Shown: in pieces, positions 1 through 7,605 of the stretch | How the letters are laid out: every line of letters starts with the position of its first letter | How positions within the stretch are numbered: the first letter of the stretch is position 1 | IMG/VR virus record: IMGVR_UViG_2713896775_000002 | Span: 1-7,605 of that record | Length of the DNA: 7,605 nucleotides | Source: a virus | Lineage: Duplodnaviria > Heunggongvirae > Uroviricota > Caudoviricetes | Direction: 5' to 3' (one strand) | The notes under the pieces: generated by a model | Seen by the model: the letters and a program-made list of their open reading frames with translations, nothing else | The model's database searches: none | What the model was told of the DNA's origin: nothing | Program-made: the position numbers and the translations under genes

Positions 1-49
1 CAACAGTCTGAACGTACCAGGAACAGCCTCCTTCAGGGCTTGAAGGATA

Positions 50-3000
50 TCAATGTTCGCTTCCTGTTAACTGCCCGACAAGTGCAACCAGTTCGCTTAC
101 CTGATTTTCCAGAGTGCTGATCCGGGTGCCTGCTGTTGCCAGATTTTGACGTAGCGTTGTGTTTTCCTCTTCCAGCGCGGTAACGCGATCATCTGTTTCA
201 CGGGCGACCTGAACAAGTAAACCCGTCACGGCGGAGTAGTCAACATTAAGATAGCGAGTTTCTTCGCGTAGCTCGTTGCCGTCAACGGTCGGACCTTGCA
301 ACTCTTCACCATAATGAGTAAACGATCCCACAGCTTCTGGTATCGCCTCCATTACTTCCTGTGCAATAACGCCAGCATAAGGCATCCCGTTTTCCCTGAG
401 CGTGTAGGTGTATCCGTTCATTTTACGGATTGCTTTCGTCGCGTCGCTGATAACGAGAATATCGTCTTTAAGGTCGCGGTCTGATGACTGATTCAGCGTT
501 GTGCAATTAATAGCGCCATTTACATCAAACAACTGGCCTGCTGACGTTTTTTGCGCATAAAACAGATACGCAGCAGACGTTCCAACCTCAAAAACGTTTT
601 GTCGAGTACTGGAACCCCACACCCTGACAGAAAACGGTAGTTCTGCATTACCTGAGTTCTGTAAAACAAAACGATTACCAGTCCCTGATTGCTTTGTAAG
701 GGTTAAATCAACGGTTGAGTTAACCTCATTCTTGTTGATAGTGAGCGTCTGCGCTGTAGCCCCGTTAACAGCACCTGTTTTGAGTTGAACCGCGCCGTCA
801 TTACCATTTAACAGTATCTCAGCTCCGCTAAAGAAATTTTTTAGCGACAGCATCTTACTTACGCCGACTGATGAACCCAACGCCCACACGAGAGAATTAC
901 CGGTGCTATCAAACCCACGTACAAAGCAATCCATTTTGCTATAGTCTGACGTGCTTCCAAGGACATCAATTCGCCCTCCGCCAGATTTTACCGGGTTAGA
1001 TGTGGTTAATGACCTGACAGCAAGATCGGTAGATGAATTGAGATCGTCTACTGTTAGTAATTTCTTCCATTCCTGCGTCGTTCCATTTTCAATTGTTCTT
1101 CCCCAAAAACCGGAATTGCGGCCTCCGAACTGCACAGCATAATTTTTACTAAATTGAACATGAATGCCGCCAAGAACCATAGAGCCTGCCGGGCCGTTTG
1201 TACTGCCTGCAATTGGTATAAATTTATTAATGTTATCAGTATGCTGCGTGTTCCAGTCTCGCCCTGTTTTTGTAAGCAGTCCTAATGTCGTGTCGAGCGC
1301 TTCGGTTAAAGTAAGATTTTTAAATTTAACTGCGCTACTTTCGCCAAGACTTAAGTTGTTTCGCGCATCTTCTACTGTTGTCGCACCTGTACCTCCTTGC
1401 CCAACAGCTAATGGCAACCAGCCAGTGCCATTATGACAACCCCACAAACCAGATTTGGAAACCTGTAAGCGTGGTGCGCCTGAAGAATACGTAGAATATA
1501 CGTAAGTTGTTTCTTTTCCCTCTTCAACCCTTTCTGTTGATACATCTCTCTTCCATTCAGACCAGGTACCGCTTCCTCCTTCATATATTCGTCTATAAGT
1601 AATTCCCGGATTATTATAAGGGTAGTACACCTGAACGCAGGAAGAAGCAGTGTTGGCTCTCGTTTGGAGCACTATTAAAGCGCCCGCCAGACCGATTGGG
1701 TAATTTAATTCTTCTGTTGCGTAAGCGCTCGTTGGTTGTTGATAGAAACCAGAATATTCACCGGTAAGGGTGTTTAGGTCAGTATTAGCAAGGCCAGCTT
1801 TTTGCTCATACATTACCCGCAAGTTCGCACGTGCTTGCTCGATAGTTCTTCCACCAGTACCACCCTGGGCTAAACCTAACGGAGACCATTGTCCAGAAGA
1901 AGAATCATAAACCCCCCAACTCCCGTTAGTATGGATTTCAAAGAAACGATCACCAGTTGGACCATACATACGAGTTGTTGATTCATTTTGACCAAAGCGG
2001 CTTAATTCATCTCTGCGGGTATGACGTATCCATTGCGGGCCAGAACTTTGGCAGTAAATGTACGAATACAATGATTTTGTATCTGAACCAACAAATAGAC
2101 CGGAATATCTTTTTGTTGACACTTCTGATCTAACTATATAACCAGAAATAAGATTATCCCCGGCACTAGACGCTACTGATGGATAACCTTTCGCTGAGAT
2201 GTAAATCCTGATAAATCCAATATAACCTGATGGCTCAACAGAGATATCAGTGCAGGTCATAGCAACTTCACCAAGACCAATATTGTTACCAACAACGGAT
2301 TGTGCCTGGTTGCGATAATTAAGTGCGTCCGCTGCAGATTTCGCCGCGTTTGTTTCACTGGATTTAGCATTAGTTTCGCTGCTCTTTGCTGCTGCCTCGC
2401 TATTTTTCGCATTGGTTTCTGATTTTTTGGCTGCTGTCGCGGAGTTTGCCGATGCAGTTTGTGAGGCCGCTGCCGCCTGTGCGCTGTTATCCGCATTCGT
2501 CTCAGACGTTTTTGCGGCCTTCGCGGAATTTCCTGCCGCCGTTGCCGAAGAGGCTGCACTACTGGCGCTCGAGGCTGCGCTCGTTTCTGATGATTTCGCT
2601 GCCTCTTTTGAGGCCGCCGCATCCCGGGCTGAGGTGGCAGCTTCTGACGCTTTCGTGGTCGCGGTGGATGCAGAAGTGGCTGCAGATTTTTGTGACGCTG
2701 CAGCATTCGTTTCTGACGTTTTCGCCGCACCGGCACTGGTAGCCGCCGCGCTTTTTGAGGACTCTGCAGCGGCAGCACTTTTTGATGCTTCAGTAGCCTT
2801 TGTTGATGCCGTTCCTGCGCTGGAAGACGCTGACTGAGCCGACGTCGCGGCCTGCCCGGCTGATGTGCTGGCTGCACGTGCTGAGCCTGCAGCATCAGTC
2901 GCATGGGTTGCCGCCTTACGGGCTGATGTGCCGGCATCGCTGGCTGACTTCTTCGCGGCTGCCGTGTTCTGTGCCACTGCGGACGCGTTACGCGCCACCT

Positions 3001-3334
3001 CTTCCACCATCAGTTCAAAGCGGCGCAGTGCCTCCGGACGGGCATCATCCTCCGTCATGGCACCGAGAAAATCATTCAGCGTACCCGGTTGTGAGTCTTC
3101 ATACACGGTGATGGTCCCGGCATGCGATGGCGGGAAGCCTTCCACCATCAGAATAACGCTGTACTGACCGTACTCAACGTCCATGCTGTAACGCCCGGCT
3201 TCATCCGGATTTTCTGAGGCCACCGTGTTCACCACCACCGTGGTGCTGTTACGTTTTGCTTTCAGCTGGATTGTGCAGTTCTGTACCGGTTTACCTGCAC
3301 CGTCTTTCAGTACACCTGAAATCTTTACTGCCAT
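50..3334 (-). CDS. stf: Side tail fibre protein (Stf-like): lambda-type N-terminus, Ala/Ser-rich shaft, non-lambda distal region, C-terminal intramolecular chaperone domain
   Basis: About 1094 codons ending at TGA 50-52. From the ATG at 3334 the N-terminus MAVKISGVLKDGAGKPVQNCTIQLKAKRNSTTVVVNTV...GFPPSHAGTITVYEDSQPGTLNDF matches the lambda Stf N-terminus as I recall it. The ORF track begins two codons earlier at an in-frame GTG (3340); I prefer the ATG because it matches lambda and has a G-rich stretch (GTGGGG) upstream. The C-terminus carries the intramolecular-chaperone motif (see 53..484). Confidence 0.85.
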   Translation of the reverse strand: MAVKISGVLKDGAGKPVQNCTIQLKAKRNSTTVVVNTVASENPDEAGRYSMDVEYGQYSVILMVEGFPPSHAGTITVYEDSQPGTLNDFLGAMTEDDARPEALRRFELMVEEVARNASAVAQNTAAAKKSASDAGTSARKAATHATDAAGSARAASTSAGQAATSAQSASSSAGTASTKATEASKSAAAAESSKSAAATSAGAAKTSETNAAASQKSAATSASTATTKASEAATSARDAAASKEAAKSSETSAASSASSAASSATAAGNSAKAAKTSETNADNSAQAAAASQTASANSATAAKKSETNAKNSEAAAKSSETNAKSSETNAAKSAADALNYRNQAQSVVGNNIGLGEVAMTCTDISVEPSGYIGFIRIYISAKGYPSVASSAGDNLISGYIVRSEVSTKRYSGLFVGSDTKSLYSYIYCQSSGPQWIRHTRRDELSRFGQNESTTRMYGPTGDRFFEIHTNGSWGVYDSSSGQWSPLGLAQGGTGGRTIEQARANLRVMYEQKAGLANTDLNTLTGEYSGFYQQPTSAYATEELNYPIGLAGALIVLQTRANTASSCVQVYYPYNNPGITYRRIYEGGSGTWSEWKRDVSTERVEEGKETTYVYSTYSSGAPRLQVSKSGLWGCHNGTGWLPLAVGQGGTGATTVEDARNNLSLGESSAVKFKNLTLTEALDTTLGLLTKTGRDWNTQHTDNINKFIPIAGSTNGPAGSMVLGGIHVQFSKNYAVQFGGRNSGFWGRTIENGTTQEWKKLLTVDDLNSSTDLAVRSLTTSNPVKSGGGRIDVLGSTSDYSKMDCFVRGFDSTGNSLVWALGSSVGVSKMLSLKNFFSGAEILLNGNDGAVQLKTGAVNGATAQTLTINKNEVNSTVDLTLTKQSGTGNRFVLQNSGNAELPFSVRVWGSSTRQNVFEVGTSAAYLFYAQKTSAGQLFDVNGAINCTTLNQSSDRDLKDDILVISDATKAIRKMNGYTYTLRENGMPYAGVIAQEVMEAIPEAVGSFTHYGEELQGPTVDGNELREETRYLNVDYSAVTGLLVQVARETDDRVTALEEENTTLRQNLATAGTRISTLENQVSELVALVGQLTGSEH
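53..484 (-). other. C-terminal intramolecular chaperone / self-cleaving domain of Stf (endosialidase-chaperone, peptidase S74-like)
   Basis: The last 144 residues begin SDRDLKDDILVISDATKAIRKMNGYTYTL...YAGVIAQEV and end in a predicted coiled-coil-like tail (ALEEENTTLRQNLATAGTRISTLENQVSELVALV). The S-D-R-x-L-K-x-x-I start and the overall pattern match the auto-cleaving C-terminal chaperone domains of phage K1F endosialidase and T5 L-shaped tail fibre, recalled from the literature and not searched. Confidence 0.65.
1343..1414 (-). repeat. Phage tail-fibre 'QGGTG' repeat motif, copy 2 (within stf)
   Basis: Stf residues about 643-666 read LPLAVGQGGTGATTVEDARNNLSLG, sharing the W..PL(A/G)..QGGTG.(R/T)T.E.AR.NL pattern with copy 1. 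It matches the short conserved tail-fibre repeat seen in many enterobacterial phage fibres. Confidence 0.6.
1814..1882 (-). repeat. Phage tail-fibre 'QGGTG' repeat motif, copy 1 (within stf)
   Basis: Stf residues about 487-509 read PLGLAQGGTGGRTIEQARANLRV. I verified the codons GCC CAG GGT GGT ACT GGT GGA on the minus strand at about 1850-1870. Confidence 0.6.
2320..3015 (-). repeat. Ala/Ser/Thr-rich low-complexity shaft region of Stf with degenerate tandem repeats
   Basis: Stf residues about 110-340 are dominated by A, S, T, K and E, with recurring (A)K(T/S)SETNA units at residues 206-213, 276-283, 305-311, 319-325 and 326-332. The DNA shows matching imperfect repeats (for example GCATTCGTTTCTGACGTTTTCGCC near 2703 and GCATTCGTCTCAGACGTTTTTGC near 2494). 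The compositional bias produces the spurious overlapping ORFs in other frames here. Confidence 0.75.
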
Positions 3335-3344
3335 ATTCACCCCA

Positions 3345-3372
3345 CAAAAAAGCCCGCCTGAACCGGCGGGCT
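3345..3372 (-). terminator. Rho-independent terminator downstream of lom, immediately upstream of stf
   Basis: 8-bp stem AGCCCGCC/GGCGGGCT (3351-3358 with 3365-3372, 6-nt loop), followed on the minus strand by TTTTTT (complement of the A-run at 3345-3350). The stf start lies about 12 nt further downstream. Confidence 0.7.
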
Positions 3373-3398
3373 GTCATAACACTGTGTTACCTGGCTAA

Positions 3399-3998
3399 TC
3401 AGAATTTATAACCGACACCCACGATGAAACCGTCAGTGCGCCAGTCACCACTGCCGGAGCCTTCATAAGCAATATCAATGGCCACGGATTCGGTCGGGTT
3501 AAACTGCACGCCAGCCCCCCACGCCAGAGACGTGTTGCTGCGGCGACCGTCATCACTTCCGGTCAGCACTTCGTGCGTTTTCCCCTTGTTGTCAGTTACG
3601 CGGAGATAATCCCCGGAGAAAGTCGAAACACGGCTGTAAGCCACACCCGCCATCGCATACGCGCTAAACCATTCATTCACGCGCACAGACGGCCCCGCCA
3701 TCACGCTGAACCAGCGGTTACGCACGGAATCTTCATGCCAGCGGGTATCGCTGTAATGAGTCAGCTGGCGATTCTTGTCTTCTGCATAGCTGAATGACGT
3801 CACCATCCCCAGCGTGTCCGTAAACTCATAGCGGTATTTCACGTTAATCCCGTTAAGATCATCGCTGCCGGGAACGTTCGTCGAGGCATGAAGATACCCC
3901 GCGCTCAGCGTGGACTGATGTTCAGACGCCCATGCAGGCGCACCGGATACGACCAGACAGATGGCTGCGGACAAAATGGCTGCACAAACTTTACGCAT
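3399..3998 (-). CDS. lom: Lom outer-membrane protein (Ail/Lom/PagC family beta-barrel), 199 aa
   Basis: N-terminal signal peptide MRKVCAAILSAAICLVVSGAPAWA with an AWA|S cleavage site. C-terminus ...DWRTDGFIVGVGYKF ends in Phe, as is typical of outer-membrane beta-barrels. The sequence closely matches lambda Lom as I recall it. RBS GAGAGG lies 6 nt upstream of ATG at 3998. Position between J and stf matches lambda. Confidence 0.93.
   Translation of the reverse strand: MRKVCAAILSAAICLVVSGAPAWASEHQSTLSAGYLHASTNVPGSDDLNGINVKYRYEFTDTLGMVTSFSYAEDKNRQLTHYSDTRWHEDSVRNRWFSVMAGPSVRVNEWFSAYAMAGVAYSRVSTFSGDYLRVTDNKGKTHEVLTGSDDGRRSNTSLAWGAGVQFNPTESVAIDIAYEGSGSGDWRTDGFIVGVGYKF
3927..3998 (-). other. Sec signal peptide of Lom (about 24 aa)
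   Basis: A basic N-terminus (MRK), a hydrophobic core (VCAAILSAAICLVV) and an A-x-A-like cleavage motif (AWA-SE). Confidence 0.7.
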
Positions 3999-4019
3999 AA
4001 TTACCTCTCGCTTTTCTGC

Positions 4020-4046
4020 AATAAAAAAGGCGTCATTCCTGACGCC
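4020..4046 (-). terminator. Rho-independent terminator downstream of J
   Basis: Perfect 7-bp GC-rich stem GGCGTCA/TGACGCC (4029-4035 with 4040-4046, loop TTCC). On the minus strand it is followed directly by TTTTTTAT. The plus strand also has a short T-rich tract (CTTTATT) after the stem, so it may act in both directions. Confidence 0.7.
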
Positions 4047-4068
4047 CTTTATTGGGGTTATAACAATT

Positions 4069-7000
4069 TCAACGAATACTGATGCCGGAAGCAGCCTTTT
4101 TGGTCACAATCACCGTACAGTCGGTGATATTGCCTGCCCCCTGATTGCCTTTCTGGAAAATCTTAAACTCCAGAGTGACGCTTCCCCTGCCACTCGGCAT
4201 ATCAATAACCGCACTGTAACTACCGGGAATGGCCCCTTTAGTTTCTCTGGATGCGATTAATACGCCGTTTTTGCGAACTTCAAAACCATACCCCGTGTAC
4301 CTTGTACCTCCCGGGTTATCACCACTTCCCGGATCATCATACGCTATACCGTTAAAGATAATGGGCGGAATAATGATTTGACGGTCAAAGTTATGATCAT
4401 CGCTGATGGTGACTGTAACCGTCCCGTCTGGTGTTTCCGTGTTACCCCACGTACCAGCCTTTTTCGGGAATGATTTGGATACTGTTTTAACAAAATCACC
4501 TCTGACCTGATTCGCCTCCAGCATGCCCTTAATCGTACAGTTTTCATTTATCGTGACGTTGTTGAGCGTCCCGGAGTTCGCATTCACACTGCCACTAATA
4601 TCCGCATTTTTAGCGGCCAGCTTTCCGTCCGGTGTCAGGGAAAATACCGGTGGATTTCCACCACTGGTAATGGTGGAGGCCGTCAGGCGTTTCAGGAACA
4701 CGTCGTTCATGAATATCTGGTTGCCCTGCGCCACAAACATCGGCGTTTCATTCCCGTTTGCCGGGTCAATAAACGCGATACGGTTAGCAGCAACCAGAAA
4801 CTGGCTCAGTTTGCCTTCCTCTGTATCCTCCATGCTGAGGCCAAGCCCCGCGACATAATGCTTACCGTCTTCGGTCTGCTCAATTTTGACGCCCCACATG
4901 GCATTCCATTTATCGTTGGCGTCTTTCCACTCTTTCGAAAACTCCTCCAGTCTGCTGGCGTTATCCTCCGTCAGGTCGACTTTTTCCAGCAGCTCCTTGC
5001 CGAGATGGGATTCGGTTATCTGGCCTTTGAAAAAATCCAGGTAACCTTCCGCATCATCGCTCGCCCGACCGACGGCCTCCACAAATGCCGATTTGCCTAC
5101 GGTGTTCACACTGCGGATATAAAAGTAATAATCATGGCCCGGTTTGATATTGATACTGGCGGCTATCCAGTACAGCGCCGTACCAAGATAGCGGGCTGTG
5201 GTTTCAACCTGCCTGATATCCGCAATCCGCTTTTCCGAGAACCAGAACTCAAACTGTACCGTCGGATCATAAACCGCAAGATGCGGCGTGGCGGTTATCT
5301 GAAAATAGCCCGGCGTCAGCTCAATCCGCGACGGCGCTGCCGGTGCGGCGATCCGGAACGATACCGATGCCGGATCGCCCTGCTGTCCCCATGCATTTAC
5401 CGCCCGGACTGTCAGCCTGTAATTTCCCAGCGCCAGCTGCCTGAAGCGATATGTGGTTTCCGTCGTCCGGGCCGTGCTGACCAGCCGCTCACTGCCGTCG
5501 TCCGCTGCCACGGTCAGGCGAAGCATAAAGCTCACACCCTTCACCACCTTCGGCGTGTCCCAGCGGGCCAGTACCTGATACTCCCCGCTGTCTGCGGTGA
5601 CTTCGGCAGTCAGGTGCTGCACCGCTGGCGGCGTGACACCATTCACCGTGCCGCTCTGGTCGCTGTCAAAGTGCGCCCCGTTATCCACGATGGCCTCTTT
5701 TTCAGGTACATGCTGCACGGCGGTGATGGCATACGTGCCGTCGTCGTTCTCACGGATACTCACGCAGCGGAACAGGCGCTGGCGCAGCGTCGGCAGCTTC
5801 AGCCCCCACACGCTGTATCCGGCAACGCCGTCAGGAACCCGGCTCACTTTTACCTTCACGCCGTCGGTGACGGACTGAACCTCCACGCTGACCGGATTGC
5901 CATTTCCGTCAACCAGGCTTATCAGCGTGGTGCCGGAGGATGGCAGCGTGATTTCACGGTCGAGCGTCAGCGTCCGGGTCTGGCTGTTCACCGCCAGCAC
6001 GCGCCCGCCGGTGCTGATACCGGCATAGTCATCATCGCAGATTTCAATGACATCGCCCGGTACATGGCGAAGCCCTTCAGCACCCACGCTGAAGTCCACG
6101 GTCTGCGTTTCCAGCAGCTCCGTTTTAATCAGCCACAGCCCGGCGCGGTGTGCCTGCCCCCGGCTGGTACAGCCAAAGGCATCCATCTTCGTGACATTAC
6201 GACCGTAACGGGCAATGGCCTGCGTATCTTCAACAAGCTCTGTCGCCGTCTCCCAGCCGTTGTTCGGGTCAATCCAGTTCACCTCAACGGCATTATGGCG
6301 GTCCTTCAGGGCGCTGAAGCTGTAGCGGAACGGCGCGCCATCATCCGGCATCACCACATTACTGCGGTTATAGGTCCATACCTTATCTGATGGTCGGTCC
6401 TGCACGAACGTCAGCGTCTGCCCGTTCCATACCGGCATACAGCGCATCGCCGAGCAGAAATCACTGAGAACATCCCACGCCTTACGCTGTGTGGTCAGCC
6501 AGGCATTACAGGTGATGCGCGGCTCCGTGCCGCCAAAACCATTCGGTACCAACTGGTCGCAGTACTGGCCGATAACGTACAGCGTCCATTTGTCCACATC
6601 TGCCGCACCAAGACGTTTCCCCATGCCGTAGCGCGGATGGGTCAGCATATCCCACAGACACCAGGCCATGTTGTTGCTGTATGCCGGTTTTAACGTTCCG
6701 TCCCAGATACCACTGTATTGCCGCGTCTGCGGGTTATAGTTCGACGGCACCTGCAGAATGCGCCCGCGAAGATGATAATTACGGCTCACCTGCTGGCTGC
6801 CGAACTGCTCCGAATCCACCTGTACGCCGACCAGTGCCGTGTTCGGGTAGCACTGTTTCACATCGATGATTTCGGTGTATGACGACCAGAGCGTTTTGTT
6901 CTGCAGCTGGTCTGTGGTGCTGTCCGGCGTCATCCTGCGCATCCGGATATTGAACGGGCGCGGCGGCAGGTTACCCACCACCACCGATGCCAGATACTGT

Positions 7001-7482
7001 GAGGTGGCTTTGCCTTTAATGGTGATGTCTTTTTCCGTCACCCAGCCACCGTTACGTTGTATCTGAACCAGCAGGCGGACTTCCGACGGATTCCGGTCCC
7101 CCTTTGAGGTGGTTTCCACCAGTGCCTGCACACCGAAGGTAAAGCGCAGTCGGTCGATGTTTGCCGACGTGATGGTGCGGGTGATCGGCGTGTCGTATTT
7201 CACTTCCGTACCCAGCACCGTCTCGGAGCCGGAGGATTCAAATCCCTCCGGCGGAGTCTGCTCCTGCTCACCGGCCCGGAACACCACCGTGACACCGGCG
7301 ATGTTGGTATTCCCCTCACTGTCCAGCACCGGCGTACTGTTCAGCAGCACGCTTTTTAATCCATCCACCGGACCTTCAATCGGCCCTTCACTGATGGCAT
7401 CAATCACACTCAGCAACTGCGTGGATTTCAGGTTGTCCTTCGCTTCGCGCGGGGTATGCCCCTTACTGCTGCCTTTACCCAT
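4069..7482 (-). CDS. J: Host specificity protein J (central tail fibre / tail tip protein), 1137 aa
   Basis: Uninterrupted 1137-aa ORF. The N-terminus [41 protein letters not shown] and most of the length match lambda J as I recall it, including fibronectin-III-like central segments. ATG at 7482 is preceded by GGAG with an 8-nt spacer. Size and position before lom match lambda. Confidence 0.95.
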   Translation of the reverse strand: MGKGSSKGHTPREAKDNLKSTQLLSVIDAISEGPIEGPVDGLKSVLLNSTPVLDSEGNTNIAGVTVVFRAGEQEQTPPEGFESSGSETVLGTEVKYDTPITRTITSANIDRLRFTFGVQALVETTSKGDRNPSEVRLLVQIQRNGGWVTEKDITIKGKATSQYLASVVVGNLPPRPFNIRMRRMTPDSTTDQLQNKTLWSSYTEIIDVKQCYPNTALVGVQVDSEQFGSQQVSRNYHLRGRILQVPSNYNPQTRQYSGIWDGTLKPAYSNNMAWCLWDMLTHPRYGMGKRLGAADVDKWTLYVIGQYCDQLVPNGFGGTEPRITCNAWLTTQRKAWDVLSDFCSAMRCMPVWNGQTLTFVQDRPSDKVWTYNRSNVVMPDDGAPFRYSFSALKDRHNAVEVNWIDPNNGWETATELVEDTQAIARYGRNVTKMDAFGCTSRGQAHRAGLWLIKTELLETQTVDFSVGAEGLRHVPGDVIEICDDDYAGISTGGRVLAVNSQTRTLTLDREITLPSSGTTLISLVDGNGNPVSVEVQSVTDGVKVKVSRVPDGVAGYSVWGLKLPTLRQRLFRCVSIRENDDGTYAITAVQHVPEKEAIVDNGAHFDSDQSGTVNGVTPPAVQHLTAEVTADSGEYQVLARWDTPKVVKGVSFMLRLTVAADDGSERLVSTARTTETTYRFRQLALGNYRLTVRAVNAWGQQGDPASVSFRIAAPAAPSRIELTPGYFQITATPHLAVYDPTVQFEFWFSEKRIADIRQVETTARYLGTALYWIAASINIKPGHDYYFYIRSVNTVGKSAFVEAVGRASDDAEGYLDFFKGQITESHLGKELLEKVDLTEDNASRLEEFSKEWKDANDKWNAMWGVKIEQTEDGKHYVAGLGLSMEDTEEGKLSQFLVAANRIAFIDPANGNETPMFVAQGNQIFMNDVFLKRLTASTITSGGNPPVFSLTPDGKLAAKNADISGSVNANSGTLNNVTINENCTIKGMLEANQVRGDFVKTVSKSFPKKAGTWGNTETPDGTVTVTISDDHNFDRQIIIPPIIFNGIAYDDPGSGDNPGGTRYTGYGFEVRKNGVLIASRETKGAIPGSYSAVIDMPSGRGSVTLEFKIFQKGNQGAGNITDCTVIVTKKAASGISIR

Positions 7483-7492
7483 TCGTCACGCT

Positions 7493-7524
7493 CCATAAAC
7501 GACAAAACCGCCCGCAGGCGGTTT
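7493..7524 (-). terminator. Hairpin plus T-rich tract between the I-like gene and J; possible weak intrinsic terminator or attenuator
   Basis: Inverted repeat AAACCGCC/GGCGGTTT (7505-7512 with 7517-7524, 4-nt loop). On the minus strand it is followed by TGTCGTTTAT, a moderately U-rich tract, and lies just upstream of the J ribosome-binding site. Confidence 0.4.
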
Positions 7525-7542
7525 CACATAAAATGTTTTGCA

Positions 7543-7605
7543 TCAGCGACCAATCACCACAACCTGACCACCATCCCCTTCGTCTGCCGTGCTGATCTCC
7601 TGAGA
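7543..7605 (-). CDS. 3' end of upstream tail gene, probably a lambda I-like tail tip assembly protein (partial; start lies beyond the window end)
   Basis: Open minus-strand frame from the window edge to TGA at 7543-7545, reading ...SQEISTADEGDGGQVVVIGR*. It lies immediately 5' of J, where gene I sits in lambda. Only 20 codons are visible, so the call rests on synteny. Confidence 0.4.
   Translation of the reverse strand, partial: SQEISTADEGDGGQVVVIGR

Noticed and set aside
1-49. Strong Shine-Dalgarno-like GAAGGAGG (minus strand, about 27..34) just downstream of the stf stop, partly within a small hairpin (30..46)
   Set aside because: No ATG, GTG or TTG lies at a suitable distance downstream within the window. 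A following gene may start beyond position 1, but this cannot be supported from the sequence available.
2257-3167. Cluster of overlapping ORFs in both orientations (minus 2257..2937; plus 2386..2742, 2412..2837, 2800..3111, 2865..3167) inside stf
   Set aside because: They are alternate-frame and antisense artefacts of the Ala/Ser-rich repeat region of stf (GCN/TCN-rich codons stay open in several frames). Translations are Arg/Gln/Pro- or Ala-rich nonsense with no start-site support.
4858-6390. Long plus-strand ORF (510 aa) lying entirely antisense within J
   Set aside because: Its translation is Arg/Ala/Gly/Pro-rich low-complexity sequence, typical of the reverse strand of a GC-rich gene. 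It has no recognisable domain or plausible RBS context, and J on the opposite strand is unambiguous.
296-7498. Remaining short ORFs (62-129 aa) on either strand that overlap stf, lom or J (for example 296..484, 951..1142, 1164..1436, 3573..3797, 3888..4082, 3961..4260, 4344..4547, 4523..4858, 5597..5878, 6681..6869, 6866..7066, 7109..7498)
   Set aside because: All are nested within or antisense to the three confidently assigned genes, lack convincing ribosome-binding sites and show no recognisable protein features.
1-7605. Search for CRISPR arrays, tRNA/ncRNA genes, integrase or attachment sites, toxin-antitoxin or anti-phage defence cassettes
   Set aside because: No direct-repeat/spacer periodicity, no tRNA-like cloverleaf candidates and no unassigned coding space were seen. 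Intergenic gaps are only about 60-70 nt and are filled by terminators and ribosome-binding sites, so I do not claim a novel system here.

Overview
This window is the distal tail (host-recognition) region of a lambda-like siphovirus prophage of an enterobacterium, with all genes on the minus strand in lambda order: the 3' end of an I-like gene (7543..7605), J central tail fibre (4069..7482), the lom outer-membrane moron (3399..3998) and a long side tail fibre, stf (50..3334). Three hairpin plus T-tract structures sit in the short intergenic gaps. I see no CRISPR array, RNA gene, transposon, toxin-antitoxin or defence-system signature; the window is almost fully occupied by these three genes, and the other listed ORFs are alternate-frame or antisense artefacts. 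The points worth a second look are mosaic module swaps: a J C-terminal receptor-binding region that diverges from lambda J as I recall it, and a stf with a lambda-like N-terminus joined to a non-lambda distal part carrying two 'QGGTG' repeat motifs and a C-terminal intramolecular-chaperone (S74-type) self-cleaving domain. All homology statements come from reading the translations against remembered sequences, not from a database search.
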